Of a stretch of 37,119 bases of DNA, positions 21,853 through 32,184 are shown in pieces (the first letter of the stretch is position 1; every line of letters starts with the position of its first letter). The notes beneath the pieces were generated by a model. It was given only the letters and a program-made list of their open reading frames with translations. It did not search any database and was not told where the DNA came from. This stretch comes from Octopus sinensis (Eukaryota), in NCBI RefSeq assembly GCF_006345805.1, contig NW_021835937.1, positions 1-37,119 on the forward strand, read 5' to 3'. The position numbers were made by a program, and so were the translations under genes.

Positions 21853-24746
21853 ATGCAATATCCATTTTTTGACGCTAAAAAACGAGAGGAGAACAGTGGA
21901 AGGAATATTCCAGACCCAAAGGATGTAAGAGACATTAAACAAAGCTTTAATCGTCATTGCACAACTCTCGCCTCAAGGACCGCAATATTGCTACCAAACG
22001 TGATTATTACATCTCTTTGGCTCACACGGTGTGCGACAAAATGGCTTCCCGGTGGATCAGAACGAGCCAACACCATCACAACTGGACTCCAAGGTTTTCC
22101 TTGATTTTATTTTTCCAGAGAATTTATTATTTGTCCATTGAATTCTACGTCGGTCGTCTTTTGATAAATTCCATGATCAACGTTGGAATAGACGGGCAGT
22201 GCAAAGAAGCCGTTTATCAAGTATGTCCAACATGTTCTTATTTAACAAGCTGGGACTAGATTTGGAAGAATTAGAAAACATGGAACCTGACATTGGTTTA
22301 GGAAATGGTGGACTGGGAAGACTGGCTGCCTGTTATCTTGACTCGATGGCTACTTTGGGCATTGCAGGCATGGGTTATGGACTGCGCTATGAGTATGGCG
22401 TATTTACTCAAGTAATTTACGATACCGACCATGTCTCAATTTTATTTAAATTAATTAAGAGAGAGGAGCTTAACAATTGGTTAAAGTACAGCAATCCCTG
22501 GGAGAGGTGCATCCAGGAATATATCGTTCCTGTTAATTTTTACGGAAAAACAATCAAAGTGGATGGACAAACACAGTGGATTGACACTCAAGTGACCTTT
22601 CTTTAATAAGTAGGTTGTGTATGCAATTCCCTACGACACACCTGTCCCCGGATATGGGAATAACCACGTCATAACTATGCGTTTGTGGGCTGCCAAACCC
22701 TCAGCTGTATTATTATTGGATTGCTGTAAGTTATTAGTTTTAGTCACTGTCTAGTCAATTCAGGAGATCACGTCCAAGCTATGAGAGACCCATACCTTGA
22801 TGAAAGCATAACACGTGTCCTCTACCCAAATGACGAGGTATTCATGCCCTTTATTTCAAGAGATTTGAAGGTAAGGAACTCCGTCTCAAACAAGAGTACT
22901 TCCTGGCCTCAGCGACTCTCCAGGATATTATTCGGCGGTACAAGGACTCGAAAGAACCTAGGACTTCATTCGACCAGTTTCCAGAAAAGGCAATTGGTCA
23001 TTATAAATTAGTAGGTGGCCATTCAAATGAACGATACGAGTCCATCCTTGGCTGTTCCTGAATTGATGAGACTGTTGGTGGACGTCGAAGGTCTGGATTG
23101 GTCTTATTCTTGGGATATCTGCATAAGAACTTTCGGATATACCAACCACACTCTCCTTCCCGAGGCACTCGAGCGATGGCCACTAAAAATGTTGACTAAA
23201 TTGTTGCCCAGAATAATGCAGATAATCCATAAAATAAATCGCAAGCATTTACAGGTTGAATGTGCAGTGATTTTGCAAGGCGGTCTCTGAGTTTTGGCCC
23301 AATGACGAGGATGTCTTGGAGAGAATGAGTCTGATTGAGAGGATCGTAAACGTGTCAACATGGCCTATCTTTGCATAGTGGGGTCACATTCCGTCAACGG
23401 AGTCGCCGAACTTCACTCAAAATTAGTAAAAACTGACGTGTATATATATTTTGTATAAATCACAAGATTTCCTGATTTTTATAAAATGACTCCTGCCAAG
23501 TTTCAAAACAAAACCAACGGAATCACTCCCAGGAGATGGCTAGTCTACTGCAATCCATCTTTGACAGATTTTATTCGCCGTGTACGTTTAAAGTATTACT
23601 TTTAGCAAATTGGGGACGGATTCATAACAGATTTGCGTGAGTTGAACAAACTGAGGCCACTTGTGTCAAATCAACAAATTATTGACGAGATTTGTTTGAT
23701 AAAACAGGTTGTGTGTCCTCAGTATGTCATAGAGTAATAAAAATAAATTCGCTTTGTATGTTAAAAAGTTGTTTGGATTCTTGATTGACCCCTCGACCAT
23801 GTTTGATGTGCATATCAAACCAGTTCAAGAAAGTAAACGACACCTTCTGAGCTGCCTTCATATAATAACGCTCTACAACCGCCTCAAACGGGTCAAGGCT
23901 GGTTTGGATGACTACACTGTCGTCCCCAGGACTGTCATAATTGGGGGGAAGGCTCCTCCCGGCTACAGAATTGCAAAACTCATCATCAAATTGATATGCA
24001 ATGTGGCTGATGTGGTGAACAGTGATCCGGAGACCAATAAAGACCTGAGGGTGTTTGTCCTTCCGGATTATAAAATGTCGTTTGCAGAGAAAATGGTCCC
24101 TGCAGCTGATTTGAGTGAACAACTCTCACTCGCAGGAACTGAAGCGTCTGGAACTGGAAACATGAAATTTATGGTTGGTCAGTTGATTTATTGCCAGTTG
24201 AACGGGGCTGTCACTCTGGGGACGTTTGATGGGCCCAATGTAGAAATGGCCGAACAGGTTGGGATGGAAAATATATTTATATTCGGAATGACAATCCACG
24301 AAGTTAAGGAAAATTACACTTATGGGTATTTTGTAAGTAAAGAAGTGTAGATACAATCCTCGTTTTAATTATCCAAGGAGTCTTCAATTAATAGAATGTA
24401 TTGAACAAATAAGAGACGGATTTTTCAGCAGGGAGGAGCCTAATTTATTATGCGAAATATGTCAGACTATGCTCTCTGATGATCCTTTCATGGTCATGAG
24501 TGACTATGATGATTATATTCAGAAGCAGCTTTTGGTAGAGGCTGCTTACTTGGTATGTTGTGTGCCGTATTTTGATAGAATTCTAATGTGTGGAATACAA
24601 TGTGCTTGAACAACATCATTGCTGCTGGGTTCTTCTCTAGTGACCGTGCTGTGGCTCAGTATGCTTCCGATATTTGGAACGTTCCCTTGTCCAGGGATAT
24701 ACTGCCTGTCTTAGATGAATCTCAAGAATTCTCTGGTTTGAATTAG
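21853..24746 (+). CDS. PYG: Glycogen phosphorylase (GT35), full length, 15 exons, divergent active site
   Basis: [53 protein letters not shown]. Fourteen introns of 22-29 nt: 22094-22118, 22221-22249, 22433-22459, 22592-22613, 22726-22754, 22838-22860, 22990-23014, 23255-23279, 23440-23466, 23582-23605, 23708-23732, 24174-24197, 24326-24350, 24553-24578. Three 1-nt deletions must be corrected to keep frame. Confidence 0.95.
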
Positions 24747-25484
24747 AGATACATTTTCACGATAATCCGTTTATTTCCATTTATATTTTTTGGTTACATT
24801 ACGCAATTTGAGGGTCCCTAGAAGTATAGCCTTAATAATAATTTAAGGGTAGTGACTAATACTAGTATGGCGACAAGATAATAACCGAGAATCGGCAAAT
24901 TGTAAAAATTTAATTATCCATAAAAAGTTCGAATTCTAGAAAGAAAATTTTTGGTGTTTAAACAAAATACGTATCATATTCAAACCGATTTCTTCTGTGT
25001 GAATATGGCTCATCGTATCCGACACAGTCGCATTTTGGTAGCTGAACATTTTTTCTGTATACTGAAAAAAACATCGAGTTGGTCGCCAAAAATGACCACT
25101 TGCTTTATTTTCCAGCAAGAATAAATATGTAGATTTATCCATATCATTATTGGTCCATTCTTTGGAAACGTGTTGACAAAAATCTATTTTGAAATAAAAA
25201 AGTTAAAACATTTTCTTGTTAAACTGCACGAATAGAAAAATACAGAATATTTAATATCTTAAAATCCAAAACTTATCCGTGTTTTAGAGCTGATTTTGTA
25301 TGATTCAAACGTTCAGCAATGACAGGACTCTAGATACTAGTCATGCAAGTATTTAGTTAATTTAAATTCTTTACATAATTTTCGAATATATGAATTTAGA
25401 AATTCTAATATACTGATGAGTGGAGATAGTTACTGGCACCGTGTTGACAAGGTTAACTATAACCAGATTACGTGTATTAGTACA

Positions 25485-25689
25485 GCGGTTCTCAACCGTG
25501 GTCCCCAGAAATTTTCGAAAAATAAAAATATATTAAAGTTAAAACTAATTGTACAATTAAATATAAATCAAAAACATTGAAATTAATCAAGCGGTTCTCA
25601 ATCGTGGTCCCCAGAAAATTTTTAGTGGTCCCCGGAATTTTCGAAAAATAACAATATATTAAATTTAAAACTAATTGTACAATTAAGTA
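25485..25689 (+). repeat. Tandem duplication of the Buster left end (about 110-bp unit)
   Basis: GCGGTTCTCAA.CGTGGTCCCCAGAAA...TTTTCGAAAAATAA...AAAACTAATTGTACAATTAA occurs twice; the second unit is split by the Ginger insertion and resumes at 27136. Confidence 0.85.
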
Positions 25690-27130
25690 TGTCACAGGCC
25701 ACAACTGTTACTCCGCCAGATATGTTACACCAACATCAAATTGTCAAGTTGGAAAAAACTTAAAACAGAATCCTTTGGTATATTTCTATGAATTCAAAGA
25801 AAACTTATAAATTTTTAAAAAAATATGATGTTTTTTTAAATTACAAATACACGTTAAAAATGCGTTTAGTGCAAGTAACAAAGGAAGACTTAGAATTACT
25901 TAAGGAACTTAAGAGCAATCCTGAGCTCGTATTCGTCAGCAGGACGCTTTCGCGGATGCAAAGATCAAGACTACTGAAATTAGCAAATAAATTTGATTTT
26001 TTGGATGGAGCTCCATATATCACTAAAGATGGACTTAACAAAAGAGCTCATGAAATTGCTTCGTTATTTCAGAACATCTTTTATTATATTGGGCCACCAT
26101 TGATCTTGCATACAGACAATGGTAAAGAATTTTGCAATGACCATGTCGCCCGTTTATGTGAAAAGTACAAAATAAACATGTCCGTGGACGACCAAGGGCT
26201 CCTTGGGTACAGGGACAGGTGGAAAGGTTGTAAGATAAATTATTCTTTAGACTAAATCAGAGTATCAAAAGATGGATTTCATCTAAAAGTTACTCTGATG
26301 AATGTTTTGGACGCTATTGCGATATAATCAAAGACATTGTTTTTGATTATAACAATACTGTCCATTCCACACACAAAAAAAGTCCCATTTAATCTATTTA
26401 TGGGCATAAAATATCCTATTGAAACATCAGAGGAGGAACTAGAATCATTGTTATTGCAAAATGATGACATAGAATATTGGAAGAGGAAAGGAATGAAGCG
26501 TATGTAAATATTCTGTTGGCAGCTGATAAAATGGCTCAGAGAAGAAAATGGAAGTATGACGAGGCTACTTTTAGTGTAGGAGAGATAGTAATCTTAAGGT
26601 ATTGGGATGTATAAACATGTAATTTAGGCAAGATAATGACGCTAACAAACGACAATATCCACTTTATGATGGATTAGAGATGGTGAAATACAAATTGTGG
26701 CAAAAGACGATTTTGTAGTAACATACAAAGTGAGACAGGTGACATGTATGAGAAAATACATGTTTCACGCTTAATTAAAATTGGGAATGATCCTTCTTTT
26801 TTGTGATTCTTGATAGAAAACGTTTTAAACTAATAAGAGGCTTTTAAAATTTTTTTATTAAAAAAAAAGAATAATTATTTATAAAAAAAAGATATGGATA
26901 AGCCAAAATAAATAGATTGCTAAATAATTTAAAACTCATATTTTACACGGTATGTTGGTTTTTGGGAAAAAATTCATGTTTCAGTCCAAATTTTCTATTC
27001 AGAAAAGCATATTTTTGCGAACAATTAGGTTATGCTTTGTATTAATTTTTAATTTTAAAAGTTTTTATTTCTATTTATATGAATTTTTAGTGTAACATAT
27101 CTGGCGGAGTAACAGTTGTGGCCTGTGACA
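25690..27130 (+). mobile_element. Ginger2/TDD-type integrase DNA transposon, internally deleted, nested in Buster
   Basis: Perfect 41-bp TIRs starting TGT (25690-25730 / 27090-27130); 5-bp TSD AAGTA (25685-25689, 27131-27135); ILHTDNGKEF and GRPRAPWVQGQVER|LNQ motifs; first catalytic Asp region missing. Confidence 0.92.
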
Positions 27131-28452
27131 AAGTATAAATCAAAACATTGAAATTAATCTGATTTGATTAGCGTGGTTTATCATTCTAGTTATGGTTAAC
27201 AAGAATCGTCGTCTTTGGTCGGATTCTTACGTACAATTTGGATTCATTAAATTCATTGCCCCAAATAATGAAATAAAGGCAAAATGCATGATTTGCCACA
27301 AAATTTTGGGAAACAATTCACTGAAACCTTCTCAACTTAGGCGCCATAAAGAGTCTGTACACCCAGAAATCCGATTTTTTCTGTAGCCGATTTTTTTAAC
27401 ATTTTAAATGAGTTTAATTTGTCAATGCAGGGTAAAATTTTTATTAATTTATTTAAAGGTCTTTATATATCAATTGTCGAGGTCAATCAAATAATAATGG
27501 CTTTTAAAAAAAGTTATTATTGTGGATAATGAAAATAAAAAAAGGAATAACATCAATGTTCCCAATGCTTGAATATCATCTCGGACACAACCCACCGGAT
27601 AATGTTCTTCTAAGTCTGATAATCAAACATCTGGAAAATCTCAAGACAAAATTTGATGATTATTTTCCTGTTGAAGACCCAATTCCAAACTGGATCGTTC
27701 AACCTTTCTTGACCTCATTTAAAGAATATCAGGAACTCAATTTTCAGCAGAGCTTGATTGAACTTCAATGTAATCAGTCTGCTCAGATTATTTTCAAATG
27801 TACTTCATTATTAGATTTTTGGTATTCTCATTAATAATTACTTTTTATTGTTAGGTGTCAGATGGCGAAAGAATTCCCCATTTTGAGTAAAACTGCATTG
27901 GAATCAATACTTGCATTCCCCACTACTTATCACTGTGAAATGGCGATGTCGTGTCTGACTTTTCTAAAAACAAAATATAGAAATAGACTACGGGTACAAG
28001 ATGATATGCGAGTAGCTTTGTCGAACATAGAGCCTGATATAAGTAAAATTATTCTGAGCAAACAAGATCAGAAATCTCACTAAATTACTATTAAATTTTC
28101 TGTTATTTTCATAATGTTCATGTTATTCTTATAATAAATATTCGAACATGTCTAAACCTGGCCCTGACGAGGCCAAAAATTGTGCGCTAATACCAAAAAA
28201 TGTTTATTTTATTTAAGGTGGTCCCCACAAAATTTTATAGTGCAAAAGTGGTCCCCAGTCTAAAAAAATTGAGAACCGCTGTATTAGTACATATTATATT
28301 TATACCTAAAACCTTTAAAAAATCAGCTTTATCGTGTTTCTTAATTCCTCAAAATTTATTTAACTAATTTTTGATTAAAATAATGTTTTTATAGACCTGA
28401 TTATCTAAAATTATATACAATCGATCCTTTTTTAAAAAACCAAAATTAATAA

Positions 28453-29956
28453 CTAAGAACAAAGAAATTTCCCCGTAAACTACGATATAAGTAAAGACCC
28501 ACCTTTAAGTAATACTGGCAAATCTCCACTTCCTTCACAATCATAGAATATTCAGTCTGAGAACCCGTGTAGTCACAACTAGAGTTACTAAAACGTGGCC
28601 ACCCACAACATATCCACAGTAGTCGTTCGATTTTTTCCAGTTGATTCACAAAAGCTACCATTTGTGTAAATTTGTCGTCGAGGCCTGCCACTATTAAAAC
28701 ATGTGTAAATACTCTAAAAGATTATCACTTTGTTTATCGTTCAAATTTTCCAACGGGTCGTACTGTCCCAGAGAATAAGTCTCTCGAGAACTCTCATTCT
28801 TAAAACAAGTGAACCACAATGTCCTACCAAACTAATTTGTTTGACATATTTCCCAAAGCAGAAAACAAAAGTCCACAACGAATTGTTCTAAAACATTAAA
28901 GTTTTCAATCACTCCGGACACACAGTTGTCTCCACTGTAGAACTCGTGAATGTCAGTCCCTTCGAAGCCTTTGTGGGTGTCCACCTTCCCTCCCTAAGAA
29001 TTACCAAAATGGACCCACAGTTAAATTGAGACTCGTTTCTATCAATTCCGTCAGTTCGGAGACCGTCATTTCATTTGGTGCGGGGATTTTTAAATTATCA
29101 TTTTTGGGCAACTCATCTTGGTAACACGAAATTATATTCCGTTGCTGAGAATTTCTGGAAAAATCGAGAAACACGGCAAAATACCGAACTTTCCTCTCAT
29201 AAGAACAAAGTGTTTGTAATCCAATCGCAATTTGATAGACGCACGTACTGACCTCAGATATAGAAATTATTGACGGTTCAAATTGATCAAAACAAACATA
29301 GTAGACCATAACGTGCCGAGGAACATTCGTGGACAAACAAATGTCCCCGTCAGTGTAATTGACTGCCACATACGCATGGGCTGAGTAATATCGGGTTGAA
29401 AGTGACTCGAGGAATTTGACGTCTTGGACAGTCACATTCAAATCCTCGTCTTCTAAAATAGTGTCATTAACATATCCCATAAAGTTCATTTTCTCGTGTT
29501 TTTCTTTCTAAGGACATGGCGATAGGGGTACCTTGTCATTTCCGGAGTAGAATTGATGGACGTACTTTCCGTGGCACACCTCATATGTCCAGTACCCCAC
29601 GTTCTCAGTTTTTTATTTGTGGATTACTATGGAATGGCAGTAGTGGGATCTGAGGATTGCCTCGATGGTAGATGGGCCGAGGTTAAGGAATTCGATGGAA
29701 GTGGGGACCTGAGGTGAGTAGAGTTGGGATTTACGATTTGATTAGGAGTTGAGTACCAGCGTTTATTTTCGAAAATAAGAAGTGAATTGTTTTCGTCGTT
29801 TTTTATCTAGAAATTTTATATTTTTATTGAAATTACAAAAAGATTAGTTTCGTTGAATTTAATGTCGGAAAATTGGAATTCGATCGAGTCGTCATAATTT
29901 GGATTATTGCTGCCCGTCAGGCAACAAAATAGTGATATAAACAAAATATCCAACAT
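28453..29956 (-). CDS. ERLEC1: ER lectin ERLEC1/XTP3-B homolog (signal peptide plus two MRH domains), multi-exon
   Basis: MLDILFISLFCCL signal peptide; MRH1 GYWTYEVCHGKYVHQF...YTDGDIC...VYYVC...ISEVSTCVYQIAI..LCS; MRH2 WTFVFCFGKYVKQ...YTNGSFC...EVEICQY; introns of about 22-30 nt. Confidence 0.86.
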
Positions 29957-30099
29957 ATGAATATATTTAACGACCCACAATAACAAACTGACTTATACGT
30001 ATATTAATTTATTTTTAAAAAATGTTAAAAATAATAAAGTTAAAATTGCTGATATTTTTGTTCTTCTAATCATCCGGGTTCCTTTAGGAAAAGAGTTCA

Positions 30100-30750
30100 A
30101 AATTACTGATATGTGATATCTTCATGCAGCACGTCATAAAACCGGGACTAAACAGACAAAGATGGCAAATACGTCAACATCTACAACCAAATTGACATTG
30201 CAGACAACAAAAACATGACTGCTGGATCTCAGGCACTTACACTTAGGGATCACAAAGTCATTGTGACCCGATTAAAAGTGAAAAGACTTTTTGGACTCTC
30301 TGTTCTAGCAGAGAGTGAATCAAACCGGATGAAATATTCAGGCGAAAAACTGATTATATAAGATATTACGAGGGAAAAATACTCCTGAACAATTACCAAA
30401 AATTCACCAGCAACAAAGACGGGAAAGGCTTTAAATAAAAATATATTAAAAGAACTTCTTCACAAGATTGTAGGGCCAATAAGTTGCGAGATCATTAGTT
30501 CATGTTGAAGACTTTTTGGACACGTCCTGAGGTTAGACCCGACATCTTTCGGAACATCGAAATGGAGGAATATTACCCGTCCTTTAATGTATTATACTTT
30601 CGTGGAAGACCGAGAACTACCCTCCCGATTGTTTTACAAAACTATGAAGAAAACATTGGCATCTGGTGACAATATGGACTCTCTGGGGAACCTAGCTAAA
30701 AACAGAAGAGCTTGGAGCAATCTTTCTAATATCTTTTGCTGCACATTCGG
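30100..30750 (+). mobile_element. Heavily deleted RTE-like LINE copy
   Basis: APE-end remnant (..DHKVIVTRLKV), RLFGHVLRLD, ASGDNMDSLGNLAKNRRAWSNL, similar to the 4770-5033 frame. Confidence 0.6.
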
Positions 30751-30829
30751 AGTTATAAACTTGGTGAAAGTGCTAATAATAATACTGGGAAGGAATTTAT
30801 TGGAACGATTGCATGAAAAAGCCACTAAA

Positions 30830-31580
30830 ATATGCTGAACCCAAATATTGCCGAAATGGCAAAAAAACAAAAAGACATCCAATTAAAAATTGAAAACACC
30901 AATAACCAGAAAGGAAAAGAAAAACTCAACGTAGGAAAATACCGAAAACAATCAAGAAAGAAAATTTGAAATCCGTGGAAACTTTATTAAACCCTCGAAT
31001 ATCAGAAGTCGGAGATTTAAAGCAGATGTATGCAGCCATGAGCCTACTGCGTCGATAAAAAAAACTAAGACAGTTAAGACTTTTTTTCGGCATCAACTGA
31101 TTGAAACAAATCAAGAACTCCACTTTATATCGTACCTGCAATAGTAGCCCCGTCAGGATGAACATTAACGAAGCTTGCAAGGGCCTATTTAAGCACATAC
31201 TAAGGTTCTTATGCAAACTGGGCAATATAAAATAACAAATCGGCGTTCCGAAAACGTCCACGACTAACAATACCTACTGTTTTCTCAGCGCATTAAAAGA
31301 CAGCTAAAAATGGAAACCACCTTGATAGTCTCAGGAATATAGTACGCAACCTCGCATGTTGTAAAAATATGATCAAAAAAATATGTGAAATATGTGGGCA
31401 CTGAATTAGTTTTTCTTTATTTTATGTTCATATAACAGTGCTAATAATTATCCAGGCTGACGTATTGGGGATAGAAAGGGGACAAACTGCAGAATGCACA
31501 ATGACTAAACTCCCCTTTTATGACCAGAAAGTATCAGAATTAGCGTGTGTCTACAATTAGGTCTGAACATTAACAGTCAA
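30830..31580 (-). other. Possible unidentified gene, head-to-head with PCBD
   Basis: Open frame 30926-31270 plus GT..AG segments (e.g. CAG|GTACG...TCAG); no consistent model or domain recognised. Confidence 0.2.
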
Positions 31581-31641
31581 GGAATCTTTTCCACAAAAAT
31601 TATTTTTTATATTATATGATTTTTAATATAAATTTAAAACC

Positions 31642-32097
31642 ATGCTGTTACGTCCTAATGGTGCATTTCTACAACTGAGAAAGTTATTAAGAAATTATGT
31701 TTAATCATTAATAATATTCCAGTCATGTATTGACAACTGTCGACCACTAGTCGGTCAGGAGAGAACAGAAATGTTAACCAAACTGGAGATTACAGGTTGG
31801 AAGGTCATCCAGTCAAAAACGTATCTGGCAATTGAAAAAGGACTAAAATTCAAAACATTTCAAGAGGTACATAAATTTGACTAAAAATGAAGACATGGAA
31901 TTTTTTGAACGACATTGCCCGGGAATCTGACAGGAGGAATCACCACCCTCGACTCACCACGACATTCAACAGAGTCCTAAACCTCATTTTTATCGTAGGT
32001 CAAAATAACTTTGTACACTCACACCGCAAAGGACATTACATTTGCAGACATAACCTTAGCTCACTTTATCGACAGTCTATTTGATGAATATAAATAA
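31642..32097 (+). CDS. PCBD: Pterin-4-alpha-carbinolamine dehydratase (PCD/DCoH), 4 exons, with N-terminal extension
   Basis: Spliced product ...ERTEMLTKLEITGW...FKTFQE|TWNFL...NHHPRL...FNR|VKITLYTH...DITLAHFID; catalytic HHP and TH retained. Introns 31699-31722 (24 nt), 31867-31892 (26), 31974-31998 (25); the last two sit where I recall human PCBD1 exon junctions. Mostly missed by the ORF track. Confidence 0.9.
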
Positions 32098-32184
32098 AAT
32101 CAAATTCTAATAAAAAACTTTTTGGATAAAAAATAATAATTTTTTAAAAACATTTATTATTAAAAACAAAATAAACTAAATTCA

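Larger units (their letters stand above)
25483..28281 (+). mobile_element. Buster/ZBED5-type hAT DNA transposon, internally deleted, complete ends
   Basis: TIRs CAGCGGTTCTCAA / TTGAGAACCGCTG; 8-bp TSD TATTAGTA at 25475-25482 and 28282-28289; BED finger CMICHKILGNNSLKPSQLRRH; C-terminal FPTTYHCEMAMS, KTKYRNRL; GTGGTCCCC subterminal motifs. Confidence 0.95.

Noticed and set aside
22000-24746. Alternative genetic code or stop read-through to explain interrupted ORFs
   Set aside because: Every internal stop checked in PYG, PCBD, GABPB, ERLEC1 and SAP30BP falls inside a GT/GC..AG intron; the standard code gives conserved proteins.
28600-28640. Apparent 19-nt intron in ERLEC1 (GTGGGTGGCCACGTTTTAG)
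   Set aside because: The next AG gives a 28-nt intron in the same phase and puts the conserved Cys directly after the junction, which fits ERLEC1 better.
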